This document shows positions 29,642-39,912 of a stretch of 64,000 bases of DNA, piece after piece (position 1 is the stretch's first letter; each line of letters starts with the position of its first letter). The stretch is taken from positions 640,001 to 704,000 of the forward strand of contig CAVOXA010000010.1 of NCBI GenBank assembly GCA_963700285.1, in the 5' to 3' direction. The position numbers and the translations under genes were made by a program. The notes beneath the pieces were generated by a model. It saw nothing but the letters and a program-made list of their open reading frames with translations. It was not told where the DNA came from and did no database searches. This stretch comes from an uncultured Chloroflexia bacterium. GTDB taxonomy: Bacteria; Chloroflexota; Anaerolineae; JAAYZQ01.

Positions 29642-31082
29642 TCGGTCCTCCAGAATCCGCTACCATCCTTCGTATCTCGCGCACCAGGCCTTTGATCTCA
29701 CCCAGACCTGTCGCCGGGTTTGTCAGCGTAAGACGCAGGTAACGCCGGTCGTTCAGCAAAGCTGACGATATGTAATAGTCGCCCAGGGCAAGTAGCCTGT
29801 CCCGCAGCGCCAGATGTCCAGCATCGACCCCCTTCAGGCCGAAGCAAAGGATGTTGGATTGCGGCTCCACCGGGCACTCGAAATCGGGCAAGCTCTGGAG
29901 ATAGCTATAGACTTTGGCCGTGAGATCAAACTGCCGCTCGATATACTCGGCCATCCCCGCTTCCCCCATAGCAGCCAAGACCATGAAGAACTTGAGCCCT
30001 AATACGGGCTTGGTACACTCGATCGTCCGGTGCAGAAAGTCAAAGCCAGGCTGCTCCTTGGGGTAAAAGAGGTAGCTGCCCTCCTGGGTGAAGGCGCCAT
30101 CGAGCATCCGGGCATCGCGTACCAGTAGGGCCGTGCAGAAGGCGGTGACGCGCATTAGCTTGTGCATGTTCATCGTAAGCGAATCTGCCAGCTCGATCCC
30201 CTGCATCAAATGCCGGTACTTTCTGGTCAGGATGGCCGGCCCTCCGTGGGCGCCGTCGACGTGGAACCACAGGTCTTGTTCCCGGCAAAATGCACCAATC
30301 TCCTGCAAGGGATCGTAGAGACCTACTGCCGTATTGCCCGCGTTCGCGATCAGTGCCACGGCCTGTTTTCCCTCAGCCTCGACCCGCGCGTATGCGGCCG
30401 GCAGTTGGTCTGGGATGATAACGCCGCGCTCGTCGATCTCCAGCGGGTAGACAGCCCGGTGCCCCATGCCCATGATGCCGGCCGCCCGGGCAATAGAGTA
30501 GTGCGCCTCAGCCGAGGCCAGTAGGACCAAATTGCCCGGGTTGCCCTCCTGCCAGACTTTGGGCGTGAGCCGTGTACGGGCAACGATCAAGGCCGTCAGG
30601 TTGGCCAAGGATCCGCCATGGGTCAGGATGCCTCCGCCACAGATCTCATCCGCCGCCTGCTGAGGGGGCGGAGGGGCAGGCGTCCAGCCCACCTTCTCCA
30701 ACAGCCAGTTGACGAGGAAATACTCGATAGACACCGAAGCCGGGCCGAATTCATAGATCGACCCATCACTGCTCACGAAATTGTCCACCAAGCCTGCCAG
30801 CGCTGCCATGTAGTGGGGAACAGCCTGCTGATGCGCAATGTTGGCCGGATGGTAAAAGCGCGTGATGGCTGACAGGTACTCATCCACAAACCTCGCCAGT
30901 TTTTCTCCCGACAAACCACCCTCGCTGACAAGCAAAGATAGCTCCATATCGGCTACCAGCTCGCTCATTGGCGGTTGGCGAATAACAGGGCCTTCGCCCG
31001 ACACAGATCTTTCATAGAAATCACTCAAGGCCTGGACAATGATCGCAACATCAGCCTCAAAAGTCTGCCCGGCTTCTGCCAT
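29631..31082 (-). CDS. Group II PLP-dependent amino acid decarboxylase (Ddc/GAD-like)
   Basis: GGSLANLTAL, AHYSI, WFHVDGAHG, MNMHKL. Confidence 0.9.
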   Translation of the reverse strand: MAEAGQTFEADVAIIVQALSDFYERSVSGEGPVIRQPPMSELVADMELSLLVSEGGLSGEKLARFVDEYLSAITRFYHPANIAHQQAVPHYMAALAGLVDNFVSSDGSIYEFGPASVSIEYFLVNWLLEKVGWTPAPPPPQQAADEICGGGILTHGGSLANLTALIVARTRLTPKVWQEGNPGNLVLLASAEAHYSIARAAGIMGMGHRAVYPLEIDERGVIIPDQLPAAYARVEAEGKQAVALIANAGNTAVGLYDPLQEIGAFCREQDLWFHVDGAHGGPAILTRKYRHLMQGIELADSLTMNMHKLMRVTAFCTALLVRDARMLDGAFTQEGSYLFYPKEQPGFDFLHRTIECTKPVLGLKFFMVLAAMGEAGMAEYIERQFDLTAKVYSYLQSLPDFECPVEPQSNILCFGLKGVDAGHLALRDRLLALGDYYISSALLNDRRYLRLTLTNPATGLGEIKGLVREIRRMVADSGGPNGI

Positions 31083-31153
31083 TGTGTTCCTCTCTTAATC
31101 AGCATTCCTTCATTCACTCCCAATACTCCTGGCCGATGACCCGCAGGCCGGTA

Positions 31154-32623
31154 CTAATCAGCCAATCCGGCGTACTTGCACACAATCTCCAGTGCCCTTA
31201 CAAGGGACTTTGCTCCAAGCCTTACATATTCCTCAATGAGCTGGCCATTCTCGTCCAGCGTTCCAAGCCCAGGGCTGAGGAAAATCTTGCCGCTGTAGAT
31301 CGTCGCTGGCTCAACACCCATTTCTACCTGTGCGGAAACAATCGGATTGGTGTTGGCCCACAGATCTTCCAGGGTAAAGATAGGAATGCCAAAATCTCTG
31401 CCATCCCAGGTCCGTTCATAGTTCACTTCGGTGCCGCCGAGCTGGTAGGTCTTGGTAAATATCAACTGTTGTCGGAAGCGGCTGGGCTCCAGTGATTGAA
31501 ACTCTTCCACAATGATGTTGTGGTATTGATCGATGGGGTCCGTAACCAGCTCTGGCTGGTCTCGCAGGATCCGCAGATAGGCAAGTAGTCCAACCAGGGC
31601 GTCCCGCCCCGGGTCACTGTAGGTAAATACCGCTTTCCCGTGGGAGGAGACTTCACCATACCGTTGCCCGCCAAGGCCCATCCCCTTGCGAACAGGGTTG
31701 ATGGCTTCATCCTTGCCAATAATGAGCCCAGTTGCAGGCGCTCGCCCGGGCTTGTCCATGCTGTAGGTGATGATATCGCAGTCGATATGGCGGGGATCCA
31801 TCCCAATGAAGGGAATAGAGCCGCCGGTATCAACGATGTAGGGGACGTCAAAGTCCCTGGCAACTTTTCCCAGCATCTGCAACAAAACCGGCGTGCTGTT
31901 GCCATCCAACTCACCGTGCCCGTAACTTGGCGTATCGTAGCCGATGGCCGTTACGCCTGTCAGATAGGCACTATGGCGGTTGGCTACCTTTTGGATGTTC
32001 TCCATCGTTTTCCCTGCGTCCACCCTGGTCAGAAGTGAAGTGGGGTTGTACCGGATCCCATGGGATTCGTACCGGGCGCCGACCATCCGAACGTAGAGCG
32101 TCTCCAGGTTGGCTAGGCTCTTGCCCTCAACGCCAAGCTCGCCACCGGCTATCGTGCGATCGACCAGCAGATTCTTGTACTTGGGCGGGAACGCCCGGCC
32201 ATAGCCGCCCAACCATTCATAGTCCTCCGAGTAAGGCATCAGCACGCGGGCGCGATAGATGTCACCGTGGCGCATGGAGGGCGGAGCGCACAATGTTTCG
32301 AGACTGATCCTGAGAGCAGCTTCGCAGGTATTTGCTACAGCAACATCGTATTCATCCCCATACACGTCCTTGACGACAGCTCGTAACTCATCCTCGATGA
32401 CGCGGACGGGCAAGGTTCGACCACCCCTGTTGGCTTCGATGATCTTGTCCAGGACATAGTTGGGCAGATTGCCAGGCCGGGATGAGCTTCCCGCATAGAG
32501 CCCGATATCGGTACCCAGTTTCCTGGCGCCAAGGCTATCGCCAAACTGGCGGGCCTCCTCCAAGATCTTGGGGGTGTGCTCGTAGATCTGCTGGTACCAT
32601 TGGTAGCGGTATTTTAACTTCAT
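31154..32623 (-). CDS. Uncharacterised fold-type I PLP-dependent enzyme (SelA-like)
   Basis: VPYIVDTGG...DIITYSMDKPGRAPATGLIIG with a candidate PLP lysine. Confidence 0.6.
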   Translation of the reverse strand: MKLKYRYQWYQQIYEHTPKILEEARQFGDSLGARKLGTDIGLYAGSSSRPGNLPNYVLDKIIEANRGGRTLPVRVIEDELRAVVKDVYGDEYDVAVANTCEAALRISLETLCAPPSMRHGDIYRARVLMPYSEDYEWLGGYGRAFPPKYKNLLVDRTIAGGELGVEGKSLANLETLYVRMVGARYESHGIRYNPTSLLTRVDAGKTMENIQKVANRHSAYLTGVTAIGYDTPSYGHGELDGNSTPVLLQMLGKVARDFDVPYIVDTGGSIPFIGMDPRHIDCDIITYSMDKPGRAPATGLIIGKDEAINPVRKGMGLGGQRYGEVSSHGKAVFTYSDPGRDALVGLLAYLRILRDQPELVTDPIDQYHNIIVEEFQSLEPSRFRQQLIFTKTYQLGGTEVNYERTWDGRDFGIPIFTLEDLWANTNPIVSAQVEMGVEPATIYSGKIFLSPGLGTLDENGQLIEEYVRLGAKSLVRALEIVCKYAGLAD

Positions 32624-32624
32624 A

Positions 32625-32945
32625 TTCCTCGATCCTTCCTACCCGGTGCAGCCTGCAACCTGCCGCTCAGGGGCCAGTGCGGGATCTGCGAACCCAGGGG
32701 TATCCCCAACTTGTTCTGCAAGGAAAACTCAAAAAGCCAGCTGGCAGCGCTGACATCCAGGGCCGTCAGCCCAATGGCATTGAAATAGATCAACTCATCC
32801 CGCTCCCTGACCGGTACCTTCCAGGGAGGATGTCCCTCAGGTTGGCATAGAATTGGTCCCGGCCAATGAGCCCATCAATCAGATCCCGAATTTTCATGAA
32901 CTCGCCCTCCTGCACAGCAAACGATAGCATCCGGTGATTTGGATG
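32625..32945 (-). pseudogene. C-terminal relic of an ornithine cyclodeaminase/mu-crystallin family protein
   Basis: ...FYANLRDIL / GKVPVRERDELIYFNAIGLTALDVSAA..., frameshifted and without an N-terminus. Confidence 0.55.
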
Positions 32946-32949
32946 CGTC

Positions 32950-33951
32950 TCAACAGACCGGCTCGGTTGGAAACTCCTCCGATGGGACTATTGTACGGCG
33001 CTCGGCAATGGACTTTTTCAGAGCCGCCTCAAACTGCAGTTCAAGGAGTCCGGCGTACCCTGGAACGGGAGGTGGGGCGCCGTTGCGGATTGATTCGAGA
33101 TAGGCATCGACTGATTTCTCGAAGGATTCCTCGTATTTCTTCCAGCGGGAGGTTTCGCGACTTGGCCGGTAAATTTCGTGGACGCTATCGCCATAGTCCA
33201 GTATCTCCATATCCTGGTCCAGACCCCGGAAGTGAACACGCCCGCGCTCAAAGCCAATGATCAATTCGAATAGTGGAAAGTCCCAGTTGATTGCGCTGGT
33301 TCCGAGAATGGTACCCGTAGCATTCTCACCAATAAGGTACGAGGCTACAACGTCCGGTACATCTCCGGCATCAAGAAAGGGGTAGGTTTTCGCGCCCACT
33401 TGGGCAGAGATTTCGCGCAGCGGGCCGGCGAACTGGAGGATCAGGTCAATGCAGTGGCTCCAGGTAGCGAAATGAGACAAGGCGACGACATTCACAGCAG
33501 CGCCAAACCTGCGCTCCTGAATCAGCCGTTTGGCCCGCCACGTCTGGTCGAAAAACCGATAGTTGAAAACCATCGCCACCTCGACTCCAGCCTCTTGGGC
33601 TTGCTGAAGCAGTGTCTTTCCGTCCCAAAAATCCTCCTGAACAACGTTTGCCTGTCCTCTCCGCGCAACCAAGGGTTTCTCCAGGAAGAGACGTCTGGGT
33701 TTGAAGGGAAGCAGTGCCTGTGTCGCTTCCAGACGCTGCTCTTCGCCGGTCAGCACAAAAATCGTGTCGGGTCGCCGTTCGCATAATTCCTCTGGCGAGT
33801 GGACGATTCGTACTCCGAACTTCCGTCCAACCATCTCCGCCCGCTCTGGTGTCCGGGAATAGCAGGTGAGAGATACGTCCCTATGCCGCAGCAAGCTCGG
33901 GATGTAGTTCTTTACAGCCACTCTGCCTGTGCCGACAATGCCGATTTCCAT
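32950..33951 (-). CDS. Gfo/Idh/MocA oxidoreductase
   Basis: MEIGIVGTGRVA, LFLEKPL, VFNYRF, HCIDL; start ATG 33951 after GGGAGG. Confidence 0.88.
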   Translation of the reverse strand: MEIGIVGTGRVAVKNYIPSLLRHRDVSLTCYSRTPERAEMVGRKFGVRIVHSPEELCERRPDTIFVLTGEEQRLEATQALLPFKPRRLFLEKPLVARRGQANVVQEDFWDGKTLLQQAQEAGVEVAMVFNYRFFDQTWRAKRLIQERRFGAAVNVVALSHFATWSHCIDLILQFAGPLREISAQVGAKTYPFLDAGDVPDVVASYLIGENATGTILGTSAINWDFPLFELIIGFERGRVHFRGLDQDMEILDYGDSVHEIYRPSRETSRWKKYEESFEKSVDAYLESIRNGAPPPVPGYAGLLELQFEAALKKSIAERRTIVPSEEFPTEPVC

Positions 33952-34049
33952 CGTGTCCCTCCCATACTGCCCTGCAAAAGCTGAATACGTCAAACCTCCA
34001 CAGACCCAAACGTGCGTGATATCCCGCTGGATCCCCCGGCATGCGTAGG

Positions 34050-34982
34050 CTAAGCCCCGAGAAAGCCACCGATCAGGCCCTGCTGCCCCCGCGCAAATAG
34101 ATCGCTCGCCATTGGTTTCTTTCCGGCCATCTGTACCACTTGCAACTCCAAGAGCCCACTGCCCGTCGCCACTCCCAGGCCACTGGAGAGTGCAATTATC
34201 TGTCCGGGCACCCCTTCTCCCCGCCAGTCCGCCAGGGGCTTTGCCCTGAGTACCTTGAGCCTGCGCCCCTCCCACATCGTGAAGGTTCCGGGCCATGGAT
34301 CATAGGCCCGTATCTGGCGGTCCAGGTACTCGGCTGGCTGGCTCCAATCCAGCAGCCCATCCTCTTTCTTCAGTTGGTCACAATAGGTGGCCAGCGCCTC
34401 GTCCTGTAGCTGCGCCTGGATCTCGCCCGCTAACCAGCTGGCAAGCATCTCGATCAGCAACTGCGCCCCTTGCTCGGCGAGCTTGGCCGTCAGCGAACCG
34501 GTCGTATCGTCCGGTGTGATGGGGCACTCCCCCTGGGCCAAGATGGGGCCCGTGTCCAGCCCTTCGTCCATGCGCATGATCGTCACACCGGTGATGGGCT
34601 CGCCAGCCAGGATCGCCGCAGTGACGGGTGCTGCCCCCCGGTATCTGGGCAGCAAGGAGGGATGGATGTTCAAACAGCCATGGGGTGGCAGCTCAAGGAC
34701 AGGCCGTGGCAAGAGCTGGCCATACGCAAAGACGGCGATCACCTCTGGCCGCCAGCTGGCAATATAATCTAGTGATTCAGATGCCTTCAGGGTTGCTGGC
34801 TGGAAGACTGGCAGCCCTCGCAGCAGCGCGGCCTCCTTGACTGGCGACGATACCACTTTCCTGCCCCGGCCAGTCCGTCTTTCTGGTTGGGTGACCACGC
34901 CCACCACCTCGTGATCTTTGTTCAGTGCATCCAGGGTCGGAACCGCAAACTCCGGAGTTCCCATAAAAACCACACGAGTCAT
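34050..34982 (-). CDS. fmt: Methionyl-tRNA formyltransferase
   Basis: VFMGTPEFA, NIHPSLLPRYRGAAP, MDEGLDTG, PWPG. Confidence 0.97.
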   Translation of the reverse strand: MTRVVFMGTPEFAVPTLDALNKDHEVVGVVTQPERRTGRGRKVVSSPVKEAALLRGLPVFQPATLKASESLDYIASWRPEVIAVFAYGQLLPRPVLELPPHGCLNIHPSLLPRYRGAAPVTAAILAGEPITGVTIMRMDEGLDTGPILAQGECPITPDDTTGSLTAKLAEQGAQLLIEMLASWLAGEIQAQLQDEALATYCDQLKKEDGLLDWSQPAEYLDRQIRAYDPWPGTFTMWEGRRLKVLRAKPLADWRGEGVPGQIIALSSGLGVATGSGLLELQVVQMAGKKPMASDLFARGQQGLIGGFLGA

Positions 34983-35261
34983 CCTTCACCTCGCTATCGC
35001 GCAATGCGTACTGTATCAGACACGCTAAGAATTGTATCACACTTCGAGGTACCGGCCAAACACTGGGTTCTGACCCATAACTCTGAACACTATCTCATGT
35101 GATGTTCAGTACCTGGCTCTGGGGTGATATGGTCTGAACGAAATATGTCCTCGGCGAGATCTATTCTGTCACGAGGTGTTGTCCCTGGCCAGGCCGCGAC
35201 GCTGGACAGTTCGCCGCGGTTGTTGTATACTCAGATCATAGTGGTGGAAAGGAGATCTCAG

Positions 35262-36404
35262 ATGCAAGTAAAAGATGCCAAACCCACGGTCCGTACCGCG
35301 GTAAGGCGCGCGCGCGCCGAAACCTACCTGCTGATCTCGCTCGTTGCTTTGGCAGGTTCTGTGATCGCCACCCGCCTCTTCTTGGAAATCACCGGCTACC
35401 CGCAGCTTGGCAACAGCGAACTGCACATCGCCCACGCCCTGTGGGGTGGGCTGCTGCTGCTGGCAGCGGCGCTCCTGCCACTCATCGTGGCCAACAGATG
35501 GGCCTTCATTACGAGTGCCATCTGCAGTGGAATAGGTGTCGGTCTATTCATTGACGAGATAGGCAAGTTCATCACCCAGAAGAACGATTACTTTTTCCCC
35601 GCAGCCGCCCCCGTGGCCTATGCCTTTTTCCTGCTCATGGTTCTGCTGTTCCTGCTTGTAAGGCGGCGGAGCGCCCACAGCCCCCGGGCAGAGATGTACC
35701 GGGCACTGGCTGGTCTGCGAGAGTTGCTGGACAACAACCTCGACACCCATGAGCTGGAGATGCTACTGGGACGACTAGAGGCTGCGAAGCAAGCAGACCA
35801 GACCCACGTAGCTGGGTTGGCAGCAACGTTGTCCACCTATCTCCAGGAAACGCATATCCCGCTCGTGCCAGCCAGACCCAGTCTCTGGAAGCGAAGCCAT
35901 GCCGAGCTTGAGCGCTGGGGCCATCGAGTTGGACGCCGCCCACACCGTGTCCTAATCCTGTTATCCATGGCCGTGCTGAGCGTGGGCATGATCCTTGCTG
36001 TCGTGCTGCCGATCTTTGTGGTCGCAGCGCCAGAGACCACAGGGCAGAGACTGCTGACCTGGCTGGTGACGCAGGATGATGTTCAGACGGCAGGCAGCCG
36101 ATTATGGTTTTATGCGCGCGTCCTGCTGCAAGGGATCGTCGGGTTTTTTGCCCTGAGCGCAATCTACTACTTTTCCCAGGGCCGGGAGCTACGGGGCGCC
36201 TATGCAGCGCTTCTCGCGCTTCTGATATCGTTGACCGGTGTCCTCCTGCTGTCTTTCTACCTGGATCAGTTCAGCGCCACGGCCACGGCCTTGCTTCAGT
36301 TCGGCGTGTTGCTCCTCGTCATTGCCTACCGCCGCTGGTATCTGGAAACAGGACCAGCCCTTGACCAACGGGCCAAGTACAACGTGCGTACAGAATCGAC
36401 GTAA
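35262..36404 (+). CDS. Hypothetical polytopic membrane protein
   Basis: LHIAHALWGG, GLFIDEIGKFIT; many TM segments; RBS AAGGAG before ATG 35262. Confidence 0.8.
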   Translation: MQVKDAKPTVRTAVRRARAETYLLISLVALAGSVIATRLFLEITGYPQLGNSELHIAHALWGGLLLLAAALLPLIVANRWAFITSAICSGIGVGLFIDEIGKFITQKNDYFFPAAAPVAYAFFLLMVLLFLLVRRRSAHSPRAEMYRALAGLRELLDNNLDTHELEMLLGRLEAAKQADQTHVAGLAATLSTYLQETHIPLVPARPSLWKRSHAELERWGHRVGRRPHRVLILLSMAVLSVGMILAVVLPIFVVAAPETTGQRLLTWLVTQDDVQTAGSRLWFYARVLLQGIVGFFALSAIYYFSQGRELRGAYAALLALLISLTGVLLLSFYLDQFSATATALLQFGVLLLVIAYRRWYLETGPALDQRAKYNVRTEST

Positions 36405-36546
36405 AGCTTGTACAGCAATCGCCTGCAGAGTTCATGCGGATCAACTGGAAAGGAGGTGCATCCAATAGCCAGAGCGTTGTTCCTGCAAAGGCAGTTCTCG
36501 AATCAGTACCTGATCTTCAATTCTCAATTGAAACGAGGAGGACAAA

Positions 36547-36822
36547 ATGTGTGACCTTTTTGGCTGGATCATTGTTGGCGGTCTCATCGGCTGGCTGGCG
36601 AGTATCATCACCGGGCGCAACCAGCGACAAGGCTGCATGATGAACATCATCGTTGGTGTGATTGGCGCAGCCCTCGGAGGGTTGGTCTACAACCTAATTA
36701 CCGGCCGCGGCTTCGCCTTTGACTTTGGCAGCTTTGACATCACCAGCATTGGCGGCGTTGTGGTGGCCCTGATCGGCGCTGTGGCTCTGCTTGCCATCCT
36801 CAACTTTATCCAAAGACGGTAG
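36547..36822 (+). CDS. GlsB/YeaQ/YmgE (transglycosylase-associated) stress membrane protein
   Basis: WIIVGGLIGWLAS...NIIVGVIGA...ALIGAVALL. Confidence 0.9.
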   Translation: MCDLFGWIIVGGLIGWLASIITGRNQRQGCMMNIIVGVIGAALGGLVYNLITGRGFAFDFGSFDITSIGGVVVALIGAVALLAILNFIQRR

Positions 36823-36829
36823 GCGAACC

Positions 36830-36864
36830 TGGAGACTGGCAACGCTTGGCCACCTCCCTTTTTT
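36830..36864 (+). terminator. Probable intrinsic terminator
   Basis: GGAG-AC-TGGC...GCCA-C-CTCC followed by CTTTTTT. Confidence 0.5.
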
Positions 36865-37123
36865 AGGCAATAGCTCCCAATGTGACCTGCCAGGTATCCA
36901 AACGGTGTGGAACCTGGCAGGTTGTTGAATGACAGAACCCGCAAAGTATGGTACACTGTCACTGCGAGTTCCCCGGAGGCCGGATGTGTCTTTTACAGCA
37001 TCTTTTCTACGGGCTCGACAGAACAACAAACAATGCCTGTTACTGGTGCATGGTTGGCACTGTGACTTACCATGGTCGTCCGTTGAGCGAAGAAACAGGC
37101 AGCGGTTTGAGGGAGGTTGAATC

Positions 37124-37510
37124 ATGAGCAAGGTCTATCTGCACAGAGCTGGCGCGCCAGACAGACTACTGGGGAGTGTCAGATCGGATGGTCGTGTCTA
37201 CAGAAGCTACCCCGGCCCCGACGACTATGTTGGGCGCGTGGACCTAGAGACCGGCAGGGTACATGCCCAGCGATTGGGACCCGACGAGTATATCGGCCGG
37301 ATAGATCTGGACAGTGGCAAGGTCTGGCGAGACGTGGAAGCTGGTCTCGACGAACACCTCGGTTGGGTGGACGAGAAGGGTGAGATGCGCTACGATGTTG
37401 CTGGCTGGACGGATGAGTACATCGGCCGGATTGAACGCGAGGCATCCCTGGCTGAGGCTGGCGCCGCCTTCCTGTTGCTGGTCTGGCCTGCATTTGCGGC
37501 ACATCAATAA
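37124..37510 (+). CDS. Hypothetical protein with four short beta repeats
   Basis: Repeats of (P/T)D(D/E)Y(V/I)GR(V/I)D; RBS GGAGG. Confidence 0.7.
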   Translation: MSKVYLHRAGAPDRLLGSVRSDGRVYRSYPGPDDYVGRVDLETGRVHAQRLGPDEYIGRIDLDSGKVWRDVEAGLDEHLGWVDEKGEMRYDVAGWTDEYIGRIEREASLAEAGAAFLLLVWPAFAAHQ

Positions 37511-37608
37511 TCTGACTTTCGTACAAGGTGTGGTATCCTACGCTCAGTCCGACCCACAGCGTACACCACAAGACAACGGCATGGAGTTTCGACACAAGGA
37601 GAGTTCAT

Positions 37609-38094
37609 ATGTCATACTTGGTTGTAATCACATTTCAAGACTCCGACGAAGCCAAAGAGGTCCGAGATGCTCTGGAGCAGGCGCAACACGAACACACAGT
37701 GCGCCTCGACGATTCAGCCGTAGTGGTCAAGGATTCAGGTGGCACAGTCCACGTACACAATGAGGTATCCCGTGGCGTAAAGGTGGGGGCACTCGGCGGC
37801 GGCGCCATTGGTCTTTTGGCTGGCTTTCTGCTCGGTGGACCCATCGGTGGCCTTGTCATCGGAGCACTTGGCGGCGCGCTGGGGGGAGACCTGGCTGGCT
37901 TGAGTATTGACGGGAGGTTCATCCACGACGTGAGCGAGGCCATACAGCCAGGCACATCGGCCCTGTTTCTCATGATCAAGGAGGAAGATCCTGGATCTGT
38001 CATCTCTGCCCTGGATCCCTACGAGGGACAAGTGTACCACACATCATTGCCGCCGGACGTCGAGGAGAAGCTCCGCCAGGTGCTGAGTGACTAG
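37609..38094 (+). CDS. DUF1269-family membrane protein
   Basis: [10 protein letters not shown], Gly-zipper [18 protein letters not shown]. Confidence 0.85.
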   Translation: MSYLVVITFQDSDEAKEVRDALEQAQHEHTVRLDDSAVVVKDSGGTVHVHNEVSRGVKVGALGGGAIGLLAGFLLGGPIGGLVIGALGGALGGDLAGLSIDGRFIHDVSEAIQPGTSALFLMIKEEDPGSVISALDPYEGQVYHTSLPPDVEEKLRQVLSD

Positions 38095-38209
38095 GTTGAG
38101 AATCCGATGAACACACTCCTCCAGGAGTGAGTGGCGGAGGTGATCGCCGGTCGAGACAAAACGATCGTCGCTGGCTGGATGGCAAAATGAAGGAGAGATC
38201 AGAAACAGA

Positions 38210-39634
38210 ATGAGGATTCTTTTGGTCAGCCCTAAATCGACCGTGTGGAGTTCCCGCACGCACATCCACATGGGCTTGGGCTATCTGGCCGGGGCGCTCA
38301 TCGACGCTGGCTACGACAGTGTGACACTTTTTGATGCTGCGGTAGAGGATGAGGACCTCAGCGTGCACTTGACGCGGGAGCGCTACGACGTTGTGGGCAT
38401 CTCCAGTCCCACCCCCCTCATCTACGAGGCATGGGAGGCGGCAGCTCAGGCCAAGGCGCAGGAGGCCGTTACCATCTTGGGCGGCCCCCACCTCACGCTC
38501 ATGCCCGAGGAATCCATACAACGGCCAGAAGTGGACCTGGTCGTACGTGGCGAGGCGGAAGACACCCTTGTCGAGATCCTGCGAGAAATCGAGCAGCACG
38601 GTGGTCCCAACACGCAACTTGAAGCCTGCAACCTGCAACCGATCCGCGGCCTAAGCTGGAAGGATGCTTCAGGCCGAATCATCCACAACCCCGAACGGCG
38701 CTTGCGCAGGGACATCGGGGCCATCCCCTGGCCAGCTTACCACCTGTTCAAGATCGACCGCTACACCAACCTCCAGCCCCTGACGGACGGGCTCGATCCC
38801 AACGCCCGGACCTATACCCTGGTGACTAGCCGTGGGTGCCCCCACCAGTGTATCTACTGCTCCAAACCCATCACCGGCAATACCTGGCGCCCGCGTTCAC
38901 CGGAAGACGTGGTGGCAGAGTGGCGCTATCTGGTACAGGATATGCGGGCCACCGAAATCGGTATCACCGACGATGTCTGGAACCTGAACCTGGATCGGGC
39001 CAAGGAGATATGCCGGAACATCATTGCCGAGGGATTGAATCACGTGCCCTGGGTCACCGTCCACGGCATGCGCGTCGACAACACCGACGCTGAACTATTC
39101 GAACTCATGAAGCAAGCCGGCTGTAAGCGGGTCGGTTTTGGCGTGGAGAGCGGCAACCAGGCTGTATTGGACGCCATCAAGAAACGGCAAACGCCCGATG
39201 ACGCGCGGAAGGCTTTCAGGGAAGCCAAGGCGGCCGGGCTCCAAACTATGGGATTCTTTATCTTTGGCCTTCCTGCCGACACCGAAGAATCCATGGAGGA
39301 TACCATCCGCCTGGCGTTGGAGTTGGACCCCGACCTGGCCAACTTTATGCTCGCAGCACCCTATCCCGGCACGGAGCTTTGGGAAATTGCTCAGCGGGAC
39401 GGCCGCCTGTTCAGCATGGACTGGCGCGACTATGCCATCCACGATGAAAAAGCCCGCTACGAGCTGCCGTCATTGCCACCCGAATTGGTGGAGCGCAAGT
39501 GGCATGAGGCCTATCGCCGTTTCTACCTGCGTCCTGGCCGCATCTGGCGTAAGGCAATCGCTCCTGATACATGGCGCCGATTGCCGGAATACGCCAGCAA
39601 TTTTGGACGCTTCTTTCTGGGGCGCAAAACCTAG
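38210..39634 (+). CDS. Cobalamin-binding radical SAM protein
   Basis: HMGLGYLAG, ILGGPH, VRGEAE, TSRGCPHQCIYC, FGVESG, PYPGTEL. Confidence 0.9.
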   Translation: MRILLVSPKSTVWSSRTHIHMGLGYLAGALIDAGYDSVTLFDAAVEDEDLSVHLTRERYDVVGISSPTPLIYEAWEAAAQAKAQEAVTILGGPHLTLMPEESIQRPEVDLVVRGEAEDTLVEILREIEQHGGPNTQLEACNLQPIRGLSWKDASGRIIHNPERRLRRDIGAIPWPAYHLFKIDRYTNLQPLTDGLDPNARTYTLVTSRGCPHQCIYCSKPITGNTWRPRSPEDVVAEWRYLVQDMRATEIGITDDVWNLNLDRAKEICRNIIAEGLNHVPWVTVHGMRVDNTDAELFELMKQAGCKRVGFGVESGNQAVLDAIKKRQTPDDARKAFREAKAAGLQTMGFFIFGLPADTEESMEDTIRLALELDPDLANFMLAAPYPGTELWEIAQRDGRLFSMDWRDYAIHDEKARYELPSLPPELVERKWHEAYRRFYLRPGRIWRKAIAPDTWRRLPEYASNFGRFFLGRKT

Positions 39635-39642
39635 GTCACGGG

Positions 39643-39670
39643 TTGACATTTCGAACAGGATGGGTATAAT
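39643..39670 (+). promoter_or_regulatory. Consensus sigma70 promoter of tRNA-Tyr
   Basis: TTGACA-16nt-TATAAT. Confidence 0.8.
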
Positions 39671-39699
39671 ACGGCATAATAGGTGTTTGGTAGCGCTTT

Positions 39700-39784
39700 G
39701 GGCAGGTACCCGAGTGGCCAAAGGGGGCGGACTGTAAATCCGCTGGCTCAGCCTACGGAGGTTCAAATCCTTCCCTGCCCACCA
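39700..39784 (+). tRNA. tRNA-Tyr(GTA)
   Basis: GGGCAGG acceptor stem, anticodon loop CTGTAAA, long variable arm, GGTTCAAATCC, encoded CCA. Confidence 0.97.
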
Positions 39785-39786
39785 AC

Positions 39787-39814
39787 AAGGTCCCTCCAAG
39801 AGGAGGGACCTTTG
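39787..39814. terminator. Hairpin terminator after tRNA-Tyr, possibly bidirectional
   Basis: AAGGTCCCTCC-AAGA-GGAGGGACCTT. Confidence 0.75.
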
Positions 39815-39912
39815 ATATTTCATATCTTCAGCGCATGCCGGGAGTCTCCCTAGTAGGAACGGAACACTACATCGAGACAGGAGGCCAGAAAATGCGTAGT
39901 GGCGCTCTATGC

